IMG/VR virus record: IMGVR_UViG_3300020214_000005
Coordinates: 33,936-97,935 of that record
Origin: a virus
Strand: one strand, 5' to 3'
DNA: 64,000 nt
Below, in pieces: positions 53,927 through 62,685 of the stretch. The translations under genes and the position numbers were made by a program. The notes under the pieces were generated by a model. That model saw only the letters and a program-made list of their open reading frames with translations. It was not told where the DNA came from and did no database searches. Position 1 is the first letter of the stretch, and each line of letters starts with the position of its first letter.

Positions 53927-56900
53927 TTATTGCCGGACGGAATCCCAGTCAAGTTTCAATGCTGGCACTTTGCCCAACATTCTCTCCAGCCTAGCAAAAT
54001 GCTCCTTCGCTTCCGGTGTCAGGTTCCGCACCGCCACGTCAACGGACCCGTCCGGAATTATCCGTTCCAGCATTTCCATCATCTCCTCGACTTGCTGGAG
54101 TTGTTTCACGCTGAGCGCCTCGCGGAAACGCTCGGCGTAGAGGGTCAGAACGCGGGCCTCGGCGACGGCCTCAAAGATGTTCGTCTGCCCGTACTTCGAC
54201 GACCTGCCCAGAACCCGCATGACGTCGTCGGTCGGCACGCCAAGCGTCGAGGCGAACTTGGAGTCGTAACCAAGCACCTGATCCATGATCCGCTTGTGCG
54301 TGGCCAGGAACTCTTCCGGCGTTTGCCCCTCCAGCACCTCCGTCACGATCTTTCTCACGTCCTCGGGCCCGAGGAACTTCGTTTCGTCCGAATTGTCGTC
54401 CAACGCGAGGAAGAAACTCCCCACTTTTTCGGGCATTTTGTTCCTTGCGATTATCGACCGTTTCTGGTCCTCTGTCAGGTTCTCGGGAAACGTGCCCGCA
54501 AACGGATTGGCCGCCGTGTCGTCGTATGTCTGCAGCGCGTCCACCATCCTGCTGAAATTGTCTGCCGATACGTTCTTTCTTGTGGATCCCGCCGTTCCCA
54601 TGGTCTCCATTAGTCGTTCTCGCATGCTTTCGCCAGTAAAACCGCCACCTTCTTTTCGGCGTTGGTCCCGAACTTGATTCAACCTGTAGAGGCGCTCGAC
54701 TATCTCGTTCATGGAGTGGTCGAGGGGCGGAGCGAGGTGGACCCAACTGATGTCGTGGGTTTTCTGCGACTCTTGTACGTCAACCCACTCCTCGGGTGTC
54801 GCTTCGATAACTGAAGCGTGAGTTTCCAAGTTCGCTGGGTCTCGTAAGGGATTCGTCTTGGCGAATGTCTCCCGAACGTCGTCCCAGGTTGCATCCTGCG
54901 GAAAATTGTGTCTCCGGGCGATCTCCGTTCCCATCAGGCTTTTGTCAAGGCGGCCGTCCAGCTGCTCCGACAACGGAGGCGCGTCCCGTCCGACCTGCAA
55001 CCCGAGGCTCGAGTACCACGTTTTGTAGTGCTCCAAGTGCGCGTACTCGTGCACGCCGAGCCCGAAGTGATAATCGTCGGCGCCGGCGAAGCGGATAACT
55101 TCAGACAGACCCTGCCCCTTGGACAACGGGCCTTCGTCGGATCCGAAGAACAAACTCGAGTCGAAGGCCAATATGGTGGGATTCAGCGTTACGACGAGCT
55201 TGACCTTGCCGTCTCGACCGAGTTCCGTTTGCGCATATCCGGCAAACTTTCTCCAATCCGACTTGTCGTTAATGTGCATTCTGATGGTCGTGGCCCGCCT
55301 CAGTGACGGGTCCTTCTCCAGTGCCGGCTCGGCCCCAGCCAAAACATCGAGGAACCCCTGCGCCATCGCCTCCCTGACCTCCCTCCTTCCCTCCTCGGTC
55401 TGGGCCAGCTCGAGGGCCGCCAGTTTGGCCGCCCCCTTCATGTGGTTGAGTTCCCTGTCCTCGAAACTGTCATTCGGGTCGGGAATCTGATCTTCTTTGC
55501 CGTCTTGTTCGGCGGTCCTCAGGAAGTAGTCCATGGCTTGGTCCAGTTGCTCGCTGAACGTCATGGGCGTGCCACCGGGCCACGACCATCCGCTCTCGCG
55601 CGCGACGCCCATGTTGTCCATGAGCTCGTCCGCATAGGACTCAACTGGCTCGCCGTGCCTGCCCGGTGCGTACTTCTCGACGAGGGCCTTTCTCTGCTGG
55701 GCGATCGATGCGGTGAGCGCGTCGGAATCCGCAGTCACTTGCGTCAATGTCTGCGAGTCCCTTGCCGAAAATGGCGGCGGCATCGCCATGACGGTCTTTG
55801 CGTCGGCATCCGTGTCCCTTTTGAGCGCCGGACCGTTACGCCTCTCCATTTCTGCGTTTACTGCGTCCGCGCGGGACATCGCCCTCCCCGCCTCCGCCAT
55901 GCCGGCCTCTGGGCCGAGACCAGGTTTGTCCCTTCGCCCCGGCGGAACCAGGTCCCTCCTGTAGTGCACGACCGCTCCGTCCTCGGCGAACAGCCTGTCC
56001 GCGCTCTCGAAGTTGACGAGATCTTTGGCGGTGGCGCGAGTCTCGAATTTGCCGTCCCCGCCCTTTCTGTAGAGCGAACCGATCCTCTGCCTCTCCTCCG
56101 TGGAGAAGATCTCCGGCCTGTCCCGGAGCGCCCTGTCGATCACGCCGATGAAGTTCTGCTTGGACTTTTCGTCTTGCCACGTGAACCCGTTTCTGGCCCA
56201 GTGGGTTGCCCCCGTCTGGAAGACCATGTCCGGCATCTCCGGGTTGTCGGAGTCAGGCAACGACGACGAGGTGCCCTTCAGCGTGATGCTCCTTGCCCCG
56301 ATCGCCTTGTAAATGTTCTCGTTGCGGGCGTTGAACTCGCTGGCGAGACCCATGCCCCGGTATTTATCATAGACGACGATATCGGCGTGCTCTATCTCGA
56401 TGTCGCCGTGACTGTTTACGTTGACGAAGTTCGTGGCGTGCCCGTAGAGGACTTTGCCGTCAGGCGAAGTGAGTTCCATGGGTATTTCTATCCTCAATCC
56501 ACCGTTGCGGTTGGCGGTCACATGCGACGGGGAATTCCTCACCCTGATGCGCACGTCGCGCACGCCGGCATTTTCCCTGTCCAACCGGAAATTTCCCGAG
56601 AAAAGCTTGTTCATCGCCCAATAGATGGCGGCCCTCTCCTCGTAGATGGCGTTCTTCTCCGCCGGGGTCTGGCCACGCCGATGACGCGCGCCACGGGCAG
56701 CGTTCGCGAGACTGCGTCGCGCTTCGTCTATCTCGTCTCGCTTCGTCGAGACGACGTCCGCGTGTTTGCGCACTAATCTGCCGTAAGTGCTTCCCCCTTC
56801 TCGGCGTGCTCCAGCCATGCCAGCCTCGGCCTGGGAATCTAAATCCCTTTCATTTCTTCGCAACGCCCTATCCAGCAAAAAGCTCGCTCGCTGTTTGCTT

Positions 56901-59900
56901 ATTTTCAATTCGTCAGCAATATCCTGGACTTTTCCACCATTGGCCCGTATTTCCAAGATCCGGTTATCGCGATCATCAAGTTTTCCAATATTTTGAAGTT
57001 TTCGCCGCTCCGGCGTTTTATCGGCCATCAACCATGCGTCTCCAAAAATCTCCATGGGGTTAGCACCAAGGGCCGAAACAACAAGCCTGTCGGCGTCGAA
57101 CGGCTCAATCGACGCGTCTGGTTCGTGCATCTTGTCAATAATTTCCCTGGTAACCCCCAAAACCGATGCCTGTTCATCTCGATTTTTGCGGCGCAATCTG
57201 TCAAAATTCAAAATTTCCTGCGCTTTAAGTGCTCCGCCCTTTTTAATTTTATTTGACGTAAACCAGTTATTTCTGGCCGGCAACTTTTCGTTCGGTACCT
57301 CGCCCTGCGGCAGGCCCATTCCGGCCTCTGCGACGTCGCCGCGCGGTCTCCCTATTCGCCGACCCACCTCGCGCGCCCTCCCCCTAGCCGAATCGACGAT
57401 CCCCTCGCCCATTTCGGCGAGCCTTCTTCTGTTTTCGGGGGTGTTGATTCGCTCGTTGAAAAGATCCGCCGCTTCCGAGAAAGCCCTACCGAGTTGTCTC
57501 CTTGCTCCGTCCGGAAGGCCGTCCGGGGCTATTCTGTCGACGGCCGCCATGGCCCTGCGCGCTTGTTCGGCGTCTATCTTCCCTCGCTTGAGCAATTCGT
57601 CTATCGTGAATTCGGCGAGATCCCTTCCGCCTCTTCTCGCCGCCTCCACCGCGACGTAGGTAGCCGCGCCGGCGGGCCCCCCGGCGCTGAACGCCGTTGC
57701 CAATCCGAGGCCTATTTTAACTTTTTCCTTGGTTTCCTCGTCCGCCCCGGTTCTTTTCAAAATCTTGTCAAGCAACTTGGCCAGGGCGCGGTCCCTCAGC
57801 GTTCCCCTTGTCACCCTTCCGACGGTGCGAGACCTGTCGCCGCTTGCCATCCCCGCCTCCGCGCCGATCCCGGGACGATCCTGACGGCGCCATTCCTCGT
57901 TGAACCGATTGGACTCCCGCCTGATGATTTCTTGGTCCCGGCGAGACAATCTTCCCAACATCCCGGCATCCGCGCTGCCGACCATCCCGCGATCCCTGTA
58001 TCCGTCTCTTCGGGCGTCGTAATAACCGTCTCCGTCGTCCACCGAAATGAGTATCTCGTCACCGCTATCGTTGACCATTCTGTGGAACCTGCCACCGCCC
58101 CGGTTTCTCTTCCTCGGTCCTGTCTGCCGTCCGCTCCCCTGCCCGTCGTCGCCCAATCTGCCGATGGGCCTGCTGATCTGCTGGAATTGCTCTCTCTCCA
58201 GAGCTTCAATGAGATCGTCCGGTCGGTCGTCTTCTCCGGCCTTCCTCGCTCGCTCGTACCAAACGTTCTTGAACGTCACCACCCTCCCGTCCTTGTAGGT
58301 GACCCTGAGATCGCCGTTTTTCGGATCGTAGATAATCACTCGCGCTAGATCAGAATTTTTGGTGTCCACGAGCATCAGATGCGCTGCGGCTGTGCGCGGT
58401 GGATTGTCCGGATCGTCCGGGCGCGCCGCCGTCGGTTTGCGCTTGGATGCGCGGTCGGTGGGGACGAAGCCGTGGAGCTTCAGATCCGCCATGGCCTCGC
58501 GGTTTCTTCGGTTAACGTAGACGGTCTCTCCGGTTTCCTTATTGGTCATCCGAATCTGTCCGTCCGCCGAACTACCGTCGAGGAACTGCATGTTCCTCTC
58601 CTCCATCTCGGTGGACGAACCTTGGTGCGCCCCTTCGGGGCCGAGCGCCGGCGGTTCGTTTTTCGATATGCGCTCCTCCAATTCCCTGGATTCGCGCGAC
58701 AACCGATTGTTTTCCGCGTCCGCCTCGTTCAAATCTTCGTAGGCCACCCTGTACTCCGCCCACGCGGCCGGGTCGCCGTCCCCGCCCCTGTCCGGGTCGG
58801 ATCCGGTCCGTCTCGCTCGCCTGAGGGCGTCGTCGTGGCGAGTTTCGGCTTCCGACACTCGGGCCCGGCTTCGGGGAAGTTCCTGCGTGCGGATTTCAGT
58901 CACGCGTAGCCGGTCCCTTTCCCTACCGGGTGGTATTTCCGAAGATTCGGGGGCTTCAGGGACCGTCGCCACCGGTACGGCGGACTCGTCGTCGTCGAAT
59001 AGTTCGCGCATCCTTCTTCCCTTGTCGGCGTCGGCTCTTCGTCTTTCCGGAGAGACTCGATCGGCGTCGGTTTCGGGTCTGACCGTCGGCTCGACGAGAT
59101 CGTCGTCGGTCTTGGGTCTGACTGGTCTCTTTACTCCCGTGCCGGTGACCCTTGGGGGAGCCTCGGGTTTTGGTCCGTCAACATCCTCAATAACAACTTC
59201 TCGTCCACGCCTGCCAGTGCCCGGGACGTCCGGCCCCACGCCCGAACCCCTCAACCTGCCCGCATCCGGAGCCGGTGGGACGTCGCCCGGGACGTCCGGG
59301 TCGTCGGCCCTCGGGACGGTCGGAATCGTTGGTCCGGTGCCGGGGCCCAGGAGGATCGGAGGCCTGCCGATCGCGGCTCCCCCGCCGCCACCCGGGGCTC
59401 CCCCGCCGCCACCCGGGGCTCCCCCGTCAAACGGCCCAAAACCCTGGTTTGATCCCCGCGGCGCTTTTTTCCCGTAGAGCCGGTACACCTCGTCCTGCCC
59501 GACGTACCTCGCGACCAAGGTCATAAACGTGTTTTCATCAAGGTTGTGCGAGTTCCTTTCCGTGTCGGCGAGGAACTCCCGGATCTCGGCGAGCGCCCCC
59601 TGTTTGTTCAGGTGGCTCCTCAGCTCGGCGGCGAATTCGTAGTCGTTCTCTCCCGCGTACGTCCCGCCGATGAACCCGTGAAGCATATTCGAGACGAGGT
59701 TGTCGAGGCGCGCCTGGCCGAATGGGGTGTCAACATCGCCCGGCACGAGACTCCTCGGATGCACAGGCTGATTCGTAGCACCGGATAAGGGTCCCAGCCT
59801 GCCATCTATTAAGTTGAACGGTGTCGTATCCCGCCTACCGGTGAGCGGGTTGTACGGAAACTCAAAACGTCCCTCGTCCTTGTTCCATCGTCCCAGCGGC

Positions 59901-62464
59901 GTGTCCAGGAAGTCCCTCCAGAAATTGAGTAACGGAATTCCGTGTTCATCCGTGTAGCCCCGTATCGCCAGCTCTTCCCGGATCTGCTCGAGCATTTTTG
60001 CCTGCGCTTCTTTGCTGAGGCGTTGGCCGCCGTGGCGTGGCGCCTCGTTTGCAAGCCATCTGGCGAAGGCCGATTCAACCTGCGAGTCGAACTGGATGTT
60101 GAACATGTAGAACTCCCACAGCGCCTTCTTCTTTTCGTAGGGAGTCTTCAACGCAGCGGGGTCCAATACTTGCTGTAGTTTCTCGATCTGCTGCCCGAGG
60201 TAGGACACGGGGCGATAACCAAAGATCTCTCCGCTCGCGTCCTTTTCCGCGAGCCGGACGTAGTCTCTCCCGAGGTCGATTCGGTCTATCCACGACCCCG
60301 ACGCCGGGTCGAATCTCTGGCGCGACAGCCTCTCCTTCCATTCGGCTTCTCCGTACCCCGCGGAGGAGGAAAAATACCCGAGCTTATTTCCCAGCCTCTG
60401 CGCGAAATCGTCTATGTGGCTCAACTCGTGATCGGCTGTGTGCATTAGGAAGGCTTCCCTTTTGGGGTCCATGCCGAGATGGTCGAAGCTGAATCCTGTG
60501 AGACTGTCCTTCTGGTATTGGCTGTCGGCGAACCACTTCGGGTCGATGGTGATGGTCGCCATGAACGGCACGCTGTCTCCTGAGTTAAGCAACCACAAGG
60601 GAGTCGCTCCGTTAAGGTGGTCTAGAGGCTCCGATCCGGGATTATAGGGAAACGGGGTCATGTCGTCGAGGTGCGGGCGTTCGACGAAGCCTTCGTCGCC
60701 GAAGAAGCCGGTCACGGCCGTGATCACGGACGCATCCTTGAGATTTGAGTCGGGGGCCGCCGACCTGTCGCGCCAATGCTTGATCCGTATAAACGTCGGG
60801 ATCACCTCAGCGAAGCGCTTCTTGTGCTCGGGGTTGTCGGTTCCGTCCGGCAGCTTCGCTGGGCCGCCCGTGTTCAGCATGCCTTCCGCCGTCATGAGCA
60901 TATACTCGGCGAGTCGTTCCGCCGCTTCTTTCCGTAACCTTTCCTTCGCCCTGTCCGACTTCTGGTCGAACATCAAGCCATTATTCTCCGGGGCGTGGAC
61001 TATCTGCTCGACGATCGCCTCGAAGAGGGTCAGGTCATCCCTTATTGCGCCGTTGACGACCGCGGTGTCGGCCCCGCCCATGAAACTTCCGATGGGCCTG
61101 CGGTAAGCGTCCACCAGTGCGTTGCCCTGCGCGTCCTTGAAGGAACCCGTCCATCCATGGTGTCTAACGAACTGGTCAATTTGCTCCCCGGGGTGCGGCG
61201 CCCTTCCCGTTCGCAACTCGAAGTCTGCGGCCCATCGCTTGTGTTCGTCGGACCCAATGAACTCTTCGAACATTCTCCGTATTTTCTTTGCTCTCTCGGT
61301 TGCCCTTTTTTCCCGCTCTCTTTGCTTGTTCCTCGACACCAACGAACGCAGGCCGATAAATCCGAATCGCTCCGAGCGTCTGGCCGCTATCGTGTCGATC
61401 ATGCCCGCGGCCGGGTCGAGGTCGTTGGGTCTGTCGGCCTCGTAGTGCGGTGTGTGCCCGCCCCTCACGCCGGTCAACCTAGCCCTCAGCCTCTCGGCAA
61501 GGCTCGGGCGCGAGCCCGGCACGTCGGGGCCGTCCGCGGCGTCGGCGAGTTTCTCCCTCGCCCCCTCGGCCCTACCGACGATCTCGTCGACCGGACCCGG
61601 CACATCAACCACGCCCCGGACCGCCCCCACGACGTTCCCCAGTATGTTGGCTCCCGGCACGTCGCAACCCGTCCCGAAGATATCGGTGAACCTGTTGGCA
61701 TTGGGGCCCGACCCGCAACGAATCTTGTTCAGCTCGTCCTTCCACAGACCCCTGGCCCTGAGGATGGCGTCCATGACGTTCCTCGCCATGTCCCTAATCT
61801 CCCTGCCGAGGATTCCCTTCTGCTCGAAAGGGGGCATGCTCTTCGTCTCGGGCTCCGGGGCGAAGGCAAGCGCGGGGTTTACCTCGGGCACACCCAACGC
61901 TCTCAGCCCTGCGTCGACCACTTGCTCTACCCCGTACTCATCCTGAGAGTACGAGTCGTCGTTTATGTTTTTCTCGCACAGCGTCACGCTTCCGTAACCC
62001 GGCATCATCGGCGGGAGGGGGTCCCCGACCTCGTACGACGCCGCCCAGTCGAGGAATTTTTTCGGGATGAACGGGAGCATCCGCGCGAACGGCTCGTCTG
62101 GTAAATCCTCCCCGGGTGGTTCGGGCTCGGCGACGGGGGATCTCGATTGCTTGGGTTTCAGCGCCTTGGTCATCGCAAACGACGCCGACCCGCCCTTGGC
62201 GGCGACCGCCGTGAGTCGCGCGTCGGCCCAGGCCGAGTTGTGCCCGGACCCGTACGTGCCCGATCCGACGTCCCTGCTGCCGTCGAGGAACATGCGGTTC
62301 CTGGCGTGATCCACGAACGCGATACGCCCGTCCTTCAGGGCATACACGAACGTCGTTCCGTGTTTTGCGACCATTTTTGCGTTGAGCGGAACGTTGAACG
62401 GGGTTGGCGACATCTGCCCTTGATCCTCTATTCCCGGGGGCGGGATTTGACAATTACAAAACAA
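53927..62464 (-). CDS. 2845-aa polyvalent protein: two zincin HExxH domains, KTSC-like, HTH and GNAT modules (start may be slightly downstream)
   Basis: HELSH...EFAAE; IIYDP.NG.L.VTYKDG; sigma-4-like HTH; YRGMGLAS...GATHWARNGF; HEYAH...EAVAE; six AGM linkers. Confidence 0.85.
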   Translation of the reverse strand: MFCNCQIPPPGIEDQGQMSPTPFNVPLNAKMVAKHGTTFVYALKDGRIAFVDHARNRMFLDGSRDVGSGTYGSGHNSAWADARLTAVAAKGGSASFAMTKALKPKQSRSPVAEPEPPGEDLPDEPFARMLPFIPKKFLDWAASYEVGDPLPPMMPGYGSVTLCEKNINDDSYSQDEYGVEQVVDAGLRALGVPEVNPALAFAPEPETKSMPPFEQKGILGREIRDMARNVMDAILRARGLWKDELNKIRCGSGPNANRFTDIFGTGCDVPGANILGNVVGAVRGVVDVPGPVDEIVGRAEGAREKLADAADGPDVPGSRPSLAERLRARLTGVRGGHTPHYEADRPNDLDPAAGMIDTIAARRSERFGFIGLRSLVSRNKQREREKRATERAKKIRRMFEEFIGSDEHKRWAADFELRTGRAPHPGEQIDQFVRHHGWTGSFKDAQGNALVDAYRRPIGSFMGGADTAVVNGAIRDDLTLFEAIVEQIVHAPENNGLMFDQKSDRAKERLRKEAAERLAEYMLMTAEGMLNTGGPAKLPDGTDNPEHKKRFAEVIPTFIRIKHWRDRSAAPDSNLKDASVITAVTGFFGDEGFVERPHLDDMTPFPYNPGSEPLDHLNGATPLWLLNSGDSVPFMATITIDPKWFADSQYQKDSLTGFSFDHLGMDPKREAFLMHTADHELSHIDDFAQRLGNKLGYFSSSAGYGEAEWKERLSRQRFDPASGSWIDRIDLGRDYVRLAEKDASGEIFGYRPVSYLGQQIEKLQQVLDPAALKTPYEKKKALWEFYMFNIQFDSQVESAFARWLANEAPRHGGQRLSKEAQAKMLEQIREELAIRGYTDEHGIPLLNFWRDFLDTPLGRWNKDEGRFEFPYNPLTGRRDTTPFNLIDGRLGPLSGATNQPVHPRSLVPGDVDTPFGQARLDNLVSNMLHGFIGGTYAGENDYEFAAELRSHLNKQGALAEIREFLADTERNSHNLDENTFMTLVARYVGQDEVYRLYGKKAPRGSNQGFGPFDGGAPGGGGGAPGGGGGAAIGRPPILLGPGTGPTIPTVPRADDPDVPGDVPPAPDAGRLRGSGVGPDVPGTGRRGREVVIEDVDGPKPEAPPRVTGTGVKRPVRPKTDDDLVEPTVRPETDADRVSPERRRADADKGRRMRELFDDDESAVPVATVPEAPESSEIPPGRERDRLRVTEIRTQELPRSRARVSEAETRHDDALRRARRTGSDPDRGGDGDPAAWAEYRVAYEDLNEADAENNRLSRESRELEERISKNEPPALGPEGAHQGSSTEMEERNMQFLDGSSADGQIRMTNKETGETVYVNRRNREAMADLKLHGFVPTDRASKRKPTAARPDDPDNPPRTAAAHLMLVDTKNSDLARVIIYDPKNGDLRVTYKDGRVVTFKNVWYERARKAGEDDRPDDLIEALEREQFQQISRPIGRLGDDGQGSGRQTGPRKRNRGGGRFHRMVNDSGDEILISVDDGDGYYDARRDGYRDRGMVGSADAGMLGRLSRRDQEIIRRESNRFNEEWRRQDRPGIGAEAGMASGDRSRTVGRVTRGTLRDRALAKLLDKILKRTGADEETKEKVKIGLGLATAFSAGGPAGAATYVAVEAARRGGRDLAEFTIDELLKRGKIDAEQARRAMAAVDRIAPDGLPDGARRQLGRAFSEAADLFNERINTPENRRRLAEMGEGIVDSARGRAREVGRRIGRPRGDVAEAGMGLPQGEVPNEKLPARNNWFTSNKIKKGGALKAQEILNFDRLRRKNRDEQASVLGVTREIIDKMHEPDASIEPFDADRLVVSALGANPMEIFGDAWLMADKTPERRKLQNIGKLDDRDNRILEIRANGGKVQDIADELKISKQRASFLLDRALRRNERDLDSQAEAGMAGARREGGSTYGRLVRKHADVVSTKRDEIDEARRSLANAARGARHRRGQTPAEKNAIYEERAAIYWAMNKLFSGNFRLDRENAGVRDVRIRVRNSPSHVTANRNGGLRIEIPMELTSPDGKVLYGHATNFVNVNSHGDIEIEHADIVVYDKYRGMGLASEFNARNENIYKAIGARSITLKGTSSSLPDSDNPEMPDMVFQTGATHWARNGFTWQDEKSKQNFIGVIDRALRDRPEIFSTEERQRIGSLYRKGGDGKFETRATAKDLVNFESADRLFAEDGAVVHYRRDLVPPGRRDKPGLGPEAGMAEAGRAMSRADAVNAEMERRNGPALKRDTDADAKTVMAMPPPFSARDSQTLTQVTADSDALTASIAQQRKALVEKYAPGRHGEPVESYADELMDNMGVARESGWSWPGGTPMTFSEQLDQAMDYFLRTAEQDGKEDQIPDPNDSFEDRELNHMKGAAKLAALELAQTEEGRREVREAMAQGFLDVLAGAEPALEKDPSLRRATTIRMHINDKSDWRKFAGYAQTELGRDGKVKLVVTLNPTILAFDSSLFFGSDEGPLSKGQGLSEVIRFAGADDYHFGLGVHEYAHLEHYKTWYSSLGLQVGRDAPPLSEQLDGRLDKSLMGTEIARRHNFPQDATWDDVRETFAKTNPLRDPANLETHASVIEATPEEWVDVQESQKTHDISWVHLAPPLDHSMNEIVERLYRLNQVRDQRRKEGGGFTGESMRERLMETMGTAGSTRKNVSADNFSRMVDALQTYDDTAANPFAGTFPENLTEDQKRSIIARNKMPEKVGSFFLALDDNSDETKFLGPEDVRKIVTEVLEGQTPEEFLATHKRIMDQVLGYDSKFASTLGVPTDDVMRVLGRSSKYGQTNIFEAVAEARVLTLYAERFREALSVKQLQQVEEMMEMLERIIPDGSVDVAVRNLTPEAKEHFARLERMLGKVPALKLDWDSVRQ

Positions 62465-62481
62465 TTATAGACGTATAGTTG

Positions 62482-62685
62482 TTAGCTATCAGTATCGTCG
62501 TCGCCCCCTGCGGCGTGGTTCCTTGCGCTCCGGATTTCCTCCCACTCCGTCTGGGCCTCGGCGAGGAACCCGTCGTCGTCGGCGGTCGCGAAGGACGCGA
62601 GCGCCGACCCTACGGCCTCCAGGGACGACCCGGGTTCGACCACCACGAGTATGGGCCTGGTGTCGGCGGCGTCGTTGCGTCTCAT
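62482..62685 (-). CDS. 67-aa acidic protein
   Basis: ATGA overlap with the upstream large ORF. Confidence 0.55.
   Translation of the reverse strand: MRRNDAADTRPILVVVEPGSSLEAVGSALASFATADDDGFLAEAQTEWEEIRSARNHAAGGDDDTDS

Noticed and set aside
59378-59425. Short direct repeat inside the 2845-aa ORF as a regulatory element
   Set aside because: It simply encodes a GAPGGG low-complexity linker twice.
25959-62464. Inteins or 2A-like ribosome skipping as the explanation for the linkers
   Set aside because: No C/S...HN intein ends, LAGLIDADG motifs or NPGP were seen at the junctions.
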